The position numbers and the translations under genes were made by a program. 64,000 nucleotides of DNA from Squalus acanthias (Eukaryota): assembly GCA_030390025.1 (NCBI GenBank), contig CM059432.1, positions 25,298,001 to 25,362,000 on the forward strand, written 5' to 3'. Below the pieces are notes generated by a model, which saw nothing but the letters and a program-made list of their open reading frames with translations, did not search any database and was not told the DNA's origin. Shown piece after piece: positions 11,346-24,103 of the stretch (its first letter is position 1; the number at the start of each line of letters is the position of its first letter).

Positions 11346-12459
11346 CCTCTTCAATAGCATCCATTCGCTCCTCACACTCCTACCTAAAGCCGATAGCTAA
11401 TGCACCAGATTGGGAACCACTTCTCGTGAGAGTTCCTGCCTGCAGTATGCAGGGGTCTGCCAGCATGAACTGGGAGGGGACAAAGAACATCACTTAGTGC
11501 TGGGAACAACATGGGAAGGAGGCAGGGACCTGTTCCAGCACATGAGCCATCGGATTCAAGAGGAGCTAGACTGGGGACAGGAGCACCCCCCCACTGCATC
11601 AGTTTTTGTCAGTAAACATTGACACACTGAGCAAGGCCCTAAACGCTGACAAGTCAGCAGGAGACACTGACTGTGAGCAGGTAACACAACAATGTAGACT
11701 GTGTTCTGCCTGGCTGGAACCTGAAGTGCAGTTACCGGTCGGTTTCAGATTGGTGGCTGTAAAGTAAATGCAACTTGAAAGACAGACTGGGGAATTTGAA
11801 CAAGGGTCAATGCTAACTACGGTAGCACAGTGCCCCAGTGCATAGTTTTAAAGAGAACTTGAGGCCCAAGTGTAATCAAAAAGCTACTTAGTTTGATAAG
11901 TGTCTTAGGATCAGCATGGAGCATTCACCAGGATCTGAACTGCTTTCAAAACGTTGCTTTGCCATCTGTTCTTCTCAGGTAATGACTTTTCAGGACATAT
12001 GGCCACAGAGCAATACAAGGTCTGATGAGGAGATTTGAGAAATGCAAATCAGGGCACTAGGTATCTCTGACTCTTCCTAGCTTTGACATACTGCCTATGT
12101 GGGGTTACTGCAGGGAATACAGATGCCTAAAGCAAAGGCAGTTTGAATGCTGATGGGTACATATTATACAAAGGTCCTGTATTTGCATGGTTCCCTCATG
12201 TTTCATTCAATTTATTGCCAAAGGGCTGAAGCAAACAGCAGTGTTTCACCATTACTGCAAATAGCTTTCCCAGAAGTTAAAGGGGAAGAGTTTTCTACCG
12301 ATTTGCCATGTAGTTGTAAATGTCAGAAAAGGAATTACTTGCACACTAACTGGGGTCTCTCAATCCTCTCTTGTTGATGCCTTTTATGATTTATTAGTAA
12401 ATGCTAGGGGACTAAAGAAAAAAACTTGCATTTATATGCATTTAAATGCCAGCCTAAGA

Positions 12460-13060
12460 CGGAAGGTTGTGGGTTCAAGCTCCACTCCTGAAACTTGAGC
12501 ACATAATCCAAGCTGACATCTCTGTGCAGTCGAGAGCGGCTGCGCTGTCAGAGGTGTCATCTTTTGGATGGGCTGTTAAGCCGAGACCCTGTCTTCCCGC
12601 TCAGGTGGATGCAAAGGATCCCATGGCACTATATGAAGAAGAGCAGGGGAGTCTTGGTCAATATTTATCCCCCAACAGAAGATCTGGTCATTTGTTTCAT
12701 TGCTGTGCGCAAATTGGCTACCGAGTGTCCAACATTACAACAGTGACTAGACCCATTAAACCAAGGCAGTTCTACCTACTCAATTGGACATAAAAGATCC
12801 CATATTCACTGTTCAAAGAAGAGCAGGGTAGTTCTCCCACTGTGCTGGCCAACATTTATCCCTCAAGCGCCAAGGACTAAAAACAGATTATCTGGTCATT
12901 TATCTCAATGCTATTTGAGGCTGTGTGAAAATTGGCTGCTGCATTTGCCTACATTACAACAGTAACTACACTTCAAAGTACTTCCTTGGCTTGGCTGTGC
13001 AGCATTTTGGGACATCTTGAGGACATGAAAGGCGCTATGAAAATGCAAGTCCTTTCCTTT
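12460..13060 (+). mobile_element. Two tandem DeuSINE-type SINE copies (second is 5'-truncated)
   Basis: GTGGGTTCAAGCTCC head; the core AAAGATCCCAT..GAAGAGCAGGG..CTGGTCATTT..ACATTACAACAG occurs twice. Confidence 0.8.
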
Positions 13061-13263
13061 ATACTGTAGCTGCCTGTATTATAGTCTATCGCTCACTGAA
13101 TCATACCTGCCAACCATCAAGTGGAGTCTGTTTCAGTGGGTTAACATCTGGATAATAGTGATTATAATAGAATTAGGTTTAAAGTAGTTATGGAAAGGGA
13201 CAAAGAAAAACCAATTATGAAAATATCCAACTGGAAGAGAACCAATTTCAGTGTTTTGAGAAG

Positions 13264-13608
13264 GGTTAATGTTTCAGGTTGATGACCTTTCATCAGAGCT
13301 GGAAGAAGTTAAAGATTTAACAGTTTCTAAGCAAGTGTAGAGCCAGAGAAATGGAGGTGGGGGGAGGGGGAGGAAAGAACAATGGGGAAGGTCTGTGCTA
13401 GGGTGGAAGGCAGGAGTGATTAAATGCCAAAAGGAATGATGGTATAAAGCAAAAGGAGGTGGCAATGGGACACGTAAAGAAACAAAAGATGGTTACAGCT
13501 GAATCATTATCAGCACCTGCTGTCCGAGAAAATGGGAGTGGTGATTATGATCTAAAATTGTTGAACTCAATGTTGAGGCTGTAAAGTGCCTAATCGAAAT
13601 ATAAAGAG
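13264..13608 (-). mobile_element. Penelope-like element 3' fragment (GIY-YIG C-terminus + pLTR with degenerate hammerhead)
   Basis: Minus strand reads IFRLGTLQP..NIEFNNFRS*; homologous to 37345-37788; CUGAUGA-AAGGUCAUCAACCU-GAAA. Confidence 0.8.
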
Positions 13609-13609
13609 C

Positions 13610-13830
13610 AACACATAAGAACATAAGAAACAGGAGTAGGAGTAGGCCATACGGCCCCTCGAACCTGTTCCGCCATTCAATAAGATCATGGCTGATCTTC
13701 GACCTCAACTCCACTTTTCCGCCCGATCTCCATATCCATTGATTCCCTTAAAGTCCAAAAATTGATTGATCTCAGCCTTGAATATACTCAACAACTGAGC
13801 ATCCACAGCCCTCTGGGGGAGAGAATTCCA
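13610..13830 (-). mobile_element. CR1 3' end
   Basis: (ACATAAGA)n tail followed by GGAGTAGGCCATACGGCCCCTCGA. Confidence 0.85.
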
Positions 13831-14567
13831 AACAGCACCAATGCTATTTCTTTACTTGTCCCATTTCACAGAATTTTCTGTTTTATGTCAGCTTGTTAAT
13901 GTTTTCTGACAAAGAAATCATCATAGTGATATCCCCTCACCACTAGATGAGGCCTTCTGCTATTTGAAGTAATCCCAGCCACTACATACTGTGGGTGGGA
14001 ATTCTCTTGAGAACAGGAATTGTCGCCCACGGAATACAGTAGTCAGAATCACTTCAAATTTGGGTAGGAGTGATGTTAAGTAGTGAAGGGAGGTGAGGTA
14101 AAAAATGATGGGGAAAGAAGGCAGAGCCATGTTTGTTGCTTTGGGCATGGGGGAGGGAGATTGCTAGAATTAACGGAGGGAAGAGTGCATTGACTGGGGT
14201 GTGAGGAAGGGGGAAATGTATCAGCTTGAACTGGTGAAGAAGGGGGCCAGGAACTGGGAGGATAGGAAGATGTGAGTATCTCTGGGAGTAGGTGCGAGTT
14301 GAATGGGGCACAGTGTCTCTGTGAATTGAGTCCATATGGGATACGATGCCTCTGTGATCTGGAGCATGGGTGGGGAGGCTCAGAGGTTGGTTGTGACATT
14401 TTTTGGGTTAATGATGGCATCGAAAATGCAAAAGTCATTTTGTTATTCCTTTTTTGGGGGGATTAAGAATCTATTAATTGTGAAGCAATAAATTCTGTAG
14501 AAGTAACCAGAGTGTCCCATTTTTAATGTAAATATTCAAAGCCCCCTATAAATGTACTTCCAGTTTT

Positions 14568-14652
14568 ACATAAGAAATAAGAAAGAAATAAGAGCAGGAG
14601 TAGGCCATTCGGCCCCTCGAGCCTGCTCCGCCATTCAATAAGATCATGGCTG
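14568..14652 (-). mobile_element. CR1 3' tail fragment
   Basis: GAGCAGGAGTAGGCCATTCGGCCCCTCGAGCCTGCTCCGCC. Confidence 0.8.
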
Positions 14653-14957
14653 TTCAGTTTTGTTCGTTCAGCATTTGGATTTCCTCCTTTAACCTTTCAT
14701 GTACTTACGTTTTTTTCCCACGTAATGTAGATGAGGAATGTTGGGTATACCCACAGCTTAATTTACAAAGGTTATGCAACATGTTTTCATATATAGTCAG
14801 AATCTTTCTTGAGAGGTCATCTTTGGGGATAATGCCAACTTCTTTCAAGTGATTGGTCAAGTTTTGCTTCTCCTTATTCCCCATCTGTTTTTCCTGACAT
14901 TTGCACCAGGGGGAATGGCTGTTCTCCAGGGCAAAGGTCATAAAAATCAGCCTCTAT

Positions 14958-16652
14958 GGCCGCGATTTTACTAACCTCGGCGGGTGCATGGCGGGCGACA
15001 TTGGTGGCCGGTCCCGACCCCGCTGCTGGCTCCATCCTGGCCTCTGAAATAAATTTCACCTGATGGGGCATGTTAAGAACCGCCCAGCGCGTTTCCCGGC
15101 CAATTAGAGGAAGCGGGTCTGGTGACATCATTTGATAATGCGTCATCAGCCGGTTTCCTTAAAGGGACCATGGCCAACTTTCTTTTGACATTTGTGCTGT
15201 CAGTGTTCTACAGCATTGAGGTGCTGCAAACACTGACAAGCACTGCACAGGGTTGCAGGGCTGCACTCAAATGCTTATGGAGGGAGTCACAGCATACAGG
15301 GAGGTCCTCTTCCCTTCCAATGGATGGAAGATACCTCCCCAGGAGATCAACACAGCCTGGTTACACATTGCAGAGGAGGACACAAGCAGGGATGTGGTTA
15401 GGAAGACCTGGGTGCAGTGCCACAAATGTTTTGATGATCTCAGTAAATCACGAAACGTTAGTACAAAGGCACACTCAACCTCATCCTGCTATGCCTGTCA
15501 TCTCATTCCCATCACTCTGCCTTCCCTACCCTACTCCTGCACATCCTACTCACACCAACTTACCTTGCACCTCCACCCATCCCTCTCTATCTACATTATC
15601 ACAGCCCCAAGGGCAGGCACATGGGTGTTTTATGCAATATTCATGTAAAGTTTCTGTTAATCTGGTGTGAAACATTGAAAACTTTATTTTCAACACTTTG
15701 CGTTCTTAGGCAGATTTGTGTGCACCTTTGGAAGTGGCTTATTGAGTTGCGGTGAATGGTGAGATATAACCGTACCCCCCACAATGGTGATGAGGGTGAA
15801 TGGAATGGCTTGGGCATTGTAGGGATGCTTTATGGTGGTGGAGTGGGGGGGCAACCTGGTGCATCATGTGGCAGCCAGGGTGTACAGCGTCAAGTGAAGT
15901 AAATCTGGCTATGGTGAGGCCATCCCTGGCCTCCCGGGCAGCAATGTGGTCGGGTGCTGATGCCCTGTGTCCTGTGCAGCCTCAGTTGATTGCGGAGAAG
16001 GTTGGTGTTGTTGTTGGTGTGCCTGGTGCTGCTGGTGTGTTTGGTGATGCTGGTGTTGGGGCTGATCGTGGTGGGATTCTGAGGACCAAGATGAGAGAGT
16101 TTCAAGGGCACCCATGCTGATGGAATAGATGGCAGGTGAAGTAGAGATGACAGAAGCAATCTGTCAATGGTGGGAGAGGTAATGAGGTCAGACAGGCTGA
16201 AGACTTGTGTAAAGACTTACAGCATCCTGATTCTGTAGTGGAAATGCAGTTTAGAGAATCTAGTGGTTAAGGGAACATGTCTCAATCAGCTAGGAGCTTT
16301 GACTTGACATTTGAAGCTGTCAACTCATCAGCTGATTCAATGACCACTGACCTCCTGCCTCAGCTTCACAGATGAGGTCTAGACACAGCGGGAAACTGGT
16401 AGGTGACCTGTCAAATCCAAAATGCTGGGGGGAAAAAAACATTGATATGTGGCTGTAAACAAGCCACTAATGATTTTAATTATCTCCCCTGTCACTGCAT
16501 GTCGGGTCTGCTCAGCGCTGACTGACCCAACATTTGGTAAAGGCATATGGCGGCGGGTTCACAGCGGGATCCCAACCCGCTGGGGAAATAAAGCACTTTC
16601 CCACCCGACCCACCACCAATCGTGCCTGCTGACACCCCGCAAAATCCAGACC
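14958..16652. mobile_element. Non-autonomous Harbinger deletion derivative with Myb/SANT-like remnant
   Basis: TIRs GGCCGCGATTTT / AAAATCCAGACC; TSD TAT; LMEGVTAYREVLFP...AWLHIAEE...KTWVQCHKCFDDL at about 15270-15445 (+). Confidence 0.82.
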
Positions 16653-17409
16653 TATAATTCAAGTGATTCAAGAAAACATTTCCCTTTAAAGAAAAAGCAC
16701 TATCTTAACACAATCATTAACCCACTGAAACAGGTCAAGAATTTCACTGAAATAATGTACACAGGAATGTGTGGCCAATTCCAAGCCTCCGTACTCCCAT
16801 GGAGAGCAGCAGTTGCAGCATGATAAGTCATCCATTTCAATGCCAAGTCTGATTAGCAAGTAAAGTAATTTATCATAAGACTTGATTATATTGAAGCCTA
16901 GGCCTACGATCTGGACACAGCAACTGAAATAGGTGTTTCACACAGGAAATGGAGGCTGATAGAAGAAGAGAATGTTGCACAGCTAGCATGAGTAGAAAAG
17001 TATGATAGGAGTATTATACCCAACGCTATAAAATATACAACATTGCAGGCATCCATTGGGCACATTAATTATTCAATAAGCAGCCCTCATGCCCCAGTAA
17101 AATGGTGTTGCTCATGTTTATTCAGTGAAAGTCAGCTCACTGCATAAATATCTAATCTAGCAGGTGCTTGAAGTGTATCCTCTATTTACAAGATACACTG
17201 AGAGAAATAACAGTGGGGAATCAAAACTGATGGACTAAGATACTGCTGGTGATGTTATCGTTATGAACCCTTAATTTGCCCTTATCAAATTTGTCTCTTA
17301 TTTTAACTTGCCAGTAATTTCTAGGCTAATATTCCACCAGTATGACACCATATTAGCAAAATTACTTCACAGTGGGGTTCCAATTGAGGCTTTCTTGGAC
17401 TAAAAAAGG

Positions 17410-17842
17410 AGAGACTTGCATTTATATGTTTTTCTATTACATTTCAAACATCTCAAAGTGCATCACAGACAATGAATTACTATGACGCGCAGGGAGTAGT
17501 TTCATTGTAGGTAAACATAGCAGCCATTTTGCACACAGCAAGATCCCACATGCAGCAATGAGATGAGTGATCAGTGAATTTGTTTCTGACGTGTTGGCTG
17601 AGAGACAAATGTTGGCCAGGACATCAGAATAATTCACTGATCTTCCAGAGATACTGCCATAGAATCTTGAAGATCCACCAGAATAGACAGATAAAGCCTC
17701 AATGTATTATCTCACATGAAAGATAACACTCCCACACTACTTTGCTGGAGAAAAAGTCTAGATGCATTCAAGTCCTGGAGTCGGGCCTGAACCTACAACC
17801 ATCTGACTCAGAAGCAAGAGTACTACCAGCTGAGCCAAGCTG
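17410..17842 (-). mobile_element. DeuSINE-type SINE
   Basis: Same head, core and tail as 9205-10050, more degenerate. Confidence 0.75.
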
Positions 17843-18033
17843 CGATTACCGCAAATACCTTGAATACAACGCATGATGGACCACTCTAGGATGTGGTAAA
17901 TAGTTCCTTTTTGTCCTTTAACTACATGTTCTTCCTCCTCCAGGCATTTTTACTGAATTGAAATCAACACTCTTTCCACCATTTCCTTCTCTAAATCATT
18001 CTTTTCCAGGACATCAGAACAGTGAAACTTCTT

Positions 18034-18282
18034 GGGGTTGATTTTCACAGAGAGCAGGTCGAGTAGGCAGTGAATGGAGCAATCACACCGCCACCTGATG
18101 GCACCGAGTGGCTCAAACCATTTTCAAGGTCGCGTCTCACCTGCACAAGTTTGCCGAGCTGCCAGCATTCAGGCAGCACAAAAATCAGTGGCATATTTTT
18201 TTTTTCTGGCCTTTTTAAACCTGCAGCAATCCCTGAAAGGACTGCTGGTTCAACTGTTCAACGTCAGTTGCACTATAAATGG
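18034..18282. mobile_element. MITE left-end fragment
   Basis: GGGGTTGATTTT terminus resembling other Harbinger-type ends here; no partner TIR found. Confidence 0.45.
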
Positions 18283-21200
18283 TGTGGACCTCGATTTGTA
18301 AGGTTTCCAAAATTTACAGATCCCCAAAACCTAAGGAAAAAGGACTTTGGAACTACCTCAGAGTGATAAAAATGCATTTGGGCCTAACATAAGGAATTTA
18401 AGACCAAAAACCAAGTTTTGGCATTTTAAAAACATGTCTGAGCCTGTAAAGGGAGAAAAGGCTGTGAAGGAAGTTGGGTTAGACCTCTGTAAAAGCAGTT
18501 TTGGTTATTGCAGTTAATTGCAATGTCTGGGGAACCGGGATGATCTCACTCAAAGCCCCAGCACGCATTAACATTTCGACAATAGACCCTAGGAGAAGAC
18601 AGCCCCACCCAAAACAATAGGTCCCATCAAACCGATTACAAGGCCCATCAAGAAACATGCATAATACAGAGCACCCAGGATTAGGCTATAGATCAGCCTA
18701 GGAACACAAAACACAAAACCCATCACCAGCAATCAGCCAAGAAAATCGACAGGATGCAAACCATCCCAAAAACCCATTTGACACTTACAGAGCAGTTACT
18801 GGTAGCAGGCCCGCCAAATTCAGACAATGAACTGAACAGATTTGGCGGGTAGATAAGGCCATATTCAATGGGTCAGATTGAAGGCCTGTTAAAACCCAGT
18901 TAACGTGCTAGTAAATCGTTACCGATTTACGAGCCCGCCAAAACTAGACAATGAACTGAACAGATTTGGCGGGTAAATAAGGTCACTTCAATTCTGTATA
19001 ATTGAAGGCCCACCAAGCACACAGGAGGAGAAGCGGAAAGGAGAGCTAGCAAGAAGAGGAAAGACCAAGAAGAAGAAGGCCCGAGCTGGAAGCGAGTCGG
19101 CATCACTCACCACTCAGACACACCTGAGTCCAGCTCGCGAAGACACCACCTCGACGGATCTCCAACAACGGCCCCAAAACAGTCACCCGGAGCAACAAGC
19201 AGCAACAGGTCACCGACGGCTCCACGAGGTCGACTGACACACCAACTAAGGCCTAAAGCCATCGCGGAAACCAAAGGCCTCACGAAACCAACAACCACGC
19301 ATTACCCCCAACTGACAATTACCCCCAACCAGAGGTAATCGCAGGCCACCGCGACCAATAAAGACCAACTCCATGGAAGAAAACCCGAAGAATCGCAAAG
19401 TTTCCACACTACAAACTACTCCTGACTTACCCCTGGGTAAGATTTTCCCCAAAGACTCTAAGCCCTACTGCTCAACTAAAGAAATTAGGTACTCACCAGA
19501 TAAATCCATAACGATATCCTACCGCATCAGCGGACTCGCGAAGACTGACCAGAGACCCAGGTGAAGTCCTCTACCGCATACGGGGTACGGCAGACACTAA
19601 CCGCCATAAACAGCGAACCCCAAAACCGCGATTTAGCCCAACTGTCAAAGGATTGGTGAGCATTATCCCTGGTCCTTCAAAACCTAACTTAGTTAGTAAA
19701 GTGGGGTTGGGAGGGGTGAAGTATTGTTCTACTGTCATTTCCCTCGCTTGTACCGAAGTGTTCCCCACCTTTAAAGTGATAAGAGTGTTATTATTTAATA
19801 AAGATTGAAGTTCTTTCATCAAACTCAGTTGTCTGCTGCACCTTTTGTATCACATAGAAACATAGAAACATAGAAACTAGGAGCAGGAGTAGGCCATTTG
19901 GCCCTTCGAGCCTGCTCCGCCATTCAATAAGATCATGGCTGATCTTCTACCTCATCTCCGCTTTCCTGCACTATTCCCATATCCCTTGATTCCCTTAATA
20001 TTCAAAAATCTATCGATCTCTGTCTTGAATATACTCAACGACTAAGCCTCCACAGCCCTCTGGGGTAGAGAATTCCGAAGATTCACCACCGGCTGAGTGA
20101 AGACATTTCTCCTCATCTCAGGCCTAAATGGCTGACCCTTTATTCTGAGACTGTGACCACTGGTTCTGGACTCCCCAGCCAGGGGAACCATCCTCCCTGC
20201 ATCTACCCTGTCAAGCCCTGTAAGAATTTTGTATGTTTCAATGAGATCACCTCTCATTCTTCTAAACGCTAGAGAATATAGGCCTAGTCTACTCAATCTC
20301 TCCTCATAGGACAATCCCCCATCCCAGGAATCAGCCTGGTGAACCTTTGTTGCACTTCCTCTGTGGCAAGTATATATTTCCTTAGGTAAGGAAACCAAAA
20401 CTGTACACAATGCTCCAGGTGTGGTCTCACCTGGGCCCCATATAATTTCAGTAAGACGTCTTTACTCTTATACTCAAATCCTCTTGTAATAAAAGCCAGC
20501 ATACCATTTGCTTTCCTAATTGCTTGCTGTACCTGTATGTTAACTTTCAGTGATTTGTGTACAAGGACACCCAGGTACTTCTGAACACCAACATATCCCA
20601 ATCTCTCACCATTTAAAAAATACTCTGCTTTTCTATTTTTCTTACCAAAGTGGATAACTTTACATTTCTCCACATTATATTCCATTTGCCATGTTCTTGC
20701 CAACTCACTTAGCCTGTCTATATCCCCTTGAAGACTCTTGCATCCTCCTCACAACTTACATTCCCACCTAGCTTTGTATATCAGCTAACTTGGATATATT
20801 ACATTTGGTCCCCTCATCCAAATCATTGATATAGATTGTGAATAGCTGAGGCCCAAGCACTGATCCTTGCGGTACCCCACTAGTTACAGCCTGCCAACCC
20901 GAAAATGGCCTGTTTATTCCTACTCTCTGTTTTCTGTCCGTTAACCAATCCTCAATCCATGCTTGTATATTACCCACAATCCCATGAGCCCTAATTTTAT
21001 TTAATAACCTCTTGTGCGGTATCTTATCGAATGCCTTCTGAAAATCCAAATACACCACATCCACTGATTCCCACTTATCTATTCTGCTAGTTACAACCTC
21101 AAAAAACTCTAAAAGGTTCGTCAAACACGATTTCCCTTTCATAAATCTGTGTTGACTCTGCCCAATCCTATTATTATTTTCTAAGTGCCCTGTTACCACA

Positions 21201-21584
21201 TCCTTATTAATAGATTCTAGCATTTTCCCTACTACTGATGTCAGGCTAATTGGTCTGTAGTTCCACCATTTTCTCTCTCCCTCCTTTCTTAAAAAGTGGA
21301 GTTACATTTGCTACCTTCCAATCCGCGGGAACCATTCTAGAATCTATGGAATTTTGGAAGATGAAATCCAATGCATCCACTATCTCTGTAGCCACCTCTT
21401 TTAAAACTCTAGGGGGTATGCCATCAGGTCCAGGGGATTTATTGGCTTTCAGTCCCATTCATTTCTCCAGTACTTTTTTTTTATTAATACTAATTTCTTT
21501 CAGTTCCTCATTCTTGCTAGACCCTTGGCTCTCCACTATTTCTGGGAGGATTTTTGCATCTTCTTCTGTGAAGACAGACACAAT

Positions 21585-22420
21585 GGGCTGGATTTTGAAG
21601 TTGGAGTCGGGTTGGGGTCGGGAATCACACATTCTGGCTTGTAAACCCGCCTCCATCGAGATGTGGCCAACCCACTGTATTTTCCCTTGATTGACCTTGT
21701 TGAGCCCGCCCAGTGGGCTCAGCAGGCCAATTAAGGGCCACCCGGCAACAGGTGACATCACAAACTGACATTTCATCTGTCAAGAGCTTTTGACAGATGA
21801 AATATCAGCGTTTGACAGCTCTGTGAAGCTGTCAAACACTGACAATATGATTTCTAACTTCAGTCCTTCCTTTCAGGCTGAGTTAGAAATCATTCCAGCA
21901 CAGAAAACAGAAGGCTGCTGTTTTTGACAGGTCCACGGCTTTCCTGCTTTCTGTGCCGGTGAGATTTCTAACTCTCGAGAACTGAAGGGCTGACACCTGC
22001 AGGAGGAAGTTAAGGTAAGTAAAACTTTTTCCAACACTTAGCACTTACCTTACACACTTACTTCTGCACACATGCACCCATCACTCACCTGCCCACCAGA
22101 CATATCGACCCCTCCAACCCCTGCAGACCCACGACCCGCCCCGATAACTTGGCGTGGTTGCCACCTGGCGGGAAGCCCAGACTTTCCTTTTTAAAATAGG
22201 GATTATGCAAAAAACTGCCTGTTAACTACCTGTTAACAGGCAGTTAATTGTCAGTAATCCCTTCCCGCCTCGGGGAGTCGGGTCTCAGACCAGGTCGGGT
22301 ACCCGCCGCCAGAGAAACTGGCATGGAGGCGGGTTGGAGTCGGGATGGGGTCAGGACCCCCGAATCTGCAAACCCCCCCGCCTCCAAACCCGACTCCACG
22401 GGTCATTGAAAATCCAGCCC
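21585..22420 (+). mobile_element. Harbinger-type MITE (family C)
   Basis: TIRs GGGCTGGATTTT / AAAATCCAGCCC; TSD AAT. Confidence 0.9.
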
Positions 22421-22423
22421 AAT

Positions 22424-23277
22424 GGGTTGGATTTTACCAGCCCTGAGGAGGTGGGTTTGGAGGTGGGACTGCTGGGAAAATGGGAAAAATTGAGAGCGGG
22501 TCCCAACCCCACTCCCAACCCACCTCTGAACCATCTTCCCGGGAGGCGGGTCCCCGATTCGCGCAGGGACCCGTCTCCTCGAGGCGGGAAGGGGATTAGA
22601 GCCAATTAACTGCCTGTTAACAGGTAGTTAACAGGCAGTTAAGAGGCTTATCCCCATTTTACGCCTGCTGAGGCAGGCTTCCCGACGTCAGGAAACCCCG
22701 CCAGGGTCAGCGAGGCGAGCAGTGGGCCTGCGGGGGTGAGAGGGGTCGAAATGTCAGCTGTAGAGATGAGTGATGGGTGCGAGTGTGGACAGGTAAGTGT
22801 GAGAGATGAGTGTGAAGTGTTGGAAAAAGTTTTCTTACCTTTGCTTCTTTCTGCAGGCTTCAACCTTTGAGGAGCCGGAGGTGCCTCATCTCAACGGCAG
22901 AGATGACAGAATGGCTGCTGCATTCTCAGATGCAGCAGCCATGTGCTTTCTGCTGAGGAGAGAGATCTTGGTGAGTCTGTGTGCAAGGGCTCACCTTAGA
23001 ACAGAGATTGTCAGTGTTTGACAGCTTCTCAAAGCTGTCAAACGCTGACAATTCATCTGTCAAAACATTTTCGACAGGTGAAGCGTCAGACGCTGACATC
23101 ATCTGTCACTGGCTTTCCCTTAATTCCCTTAATTGCCTGGTCAGCCCGCAGGGTGGGCATAACAAGGCCAATCAAGGGAAAATAGCATGGGTTGGTCAGA
23201 CGTCACTGGGGGCAGGACTGAAACCTGGAAACCAGAAGTCCCGCCTCCAGCACATCTCCATTGAGAAAATCCAGCCC
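22424..23277 (-). mobile_element. Harbinger-type MITE (family C), opposite orientation
   Basis: TIRs GGGTTGGATTTT / AAAATCCAGCCC; flanks AAT / AAA; internal motifs reversed relative to 21585-22420. Confidence 0.88.
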
Positions 23278-23750
23278 AAATTTTTTGTTTTATTCCCCAT
23301 TATAATCTCTCCTGTCTCAGCCTGCAAGGGAATCCTGTTTACTTTCGCTAATCTTTTCCTTTTTACATACCTATAGAAGCTTTTACAATCTGTTTTTATG
23401 TCTCTTGCTAGTTTACTCTCATGTTCTATTTTCCCTTTCTTTATCAATATCTTGGTCCTCCTTTGCTGAATTCTGAAATCCTGCCAATCCTCAGGCTTAC
23501 TACTCTTTTTGGCAACATTATAAGCCTCTTCCTTTAATTTAATACTATCTTTAATTTCTCTTGTTAACCACGGTTGGACCAATTTTCCCATGGTGTTTTT
23601 ATTTCTTAAGGGAATGTATATTCGTTACGAATTATGAATTATTTCTTTAAATGTTTGCCATTGCTTTTCTACTGTCATATCTTTTAATCTAGTTTCCCAA
23701 CCTACCTTAGCCAACTCGCCTCTCATAACTACATAGTTTGCTTTGTTCAG

Positions 23751-24103
23751 GTTCTATGAGGAGAGATTGAGTAGATTGTGCCTATACTCTCTGGAGTTTA
23801 GAAGAATGAGAGCTGATCTTATTGAAACATATTAGATTCTGAGGGGGATTGACAGGGTAGATGCTCAGAGATTGTTTCCCCTGACTGGAGAGTCTAGAAC
23901 TAGGGGGCATTGTCTCAGGATAAGGGGTCGGCCTTTTAAGACTGAGATGAGGAGGAATTTCTTCACTCAGAGGTTTGTGAATCTTTGGAATTCTCAGCCC
24001 CAAAGGCTGTGGATGCTCAGTCATTGAATACATTCAAGGCTGAGATAGATAGATTTTTGGACTCTAGAGGAATCAAGGGATATGGGGATCGGGTGGGAAA
24101 GTA
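23751..24103 (+). mobile_element. CR1 ORF2 3' fragment lacking its tail
   Basis: YEERLSRL..YSLEFRRMR sequence, similar to 50985-51300. Confidence 0.85.

Larger units (their letters stand above)
19853..23750 (-). mobile_element. CR1 LINE, disrupted ORF2, with two nested MITEs
   Basis: [60 protein letters not shown]; (CATAGAAA)n tail. Confidence 0.93.

Noticed and set aside
15960..16075. His/Gln-rich minus-strand ORF
   Set aside because: Degenerate (GGT/GCT/GTT) triplet repeat inside a Harbinger derivative, with no independent gene structure
23751..24103. Twin-priming inversion of the adjacent CR1
   Set aside because: It duplicates a region already present at about 19965-20310 and is too diverged from it; closer to the copy at 50985-51300
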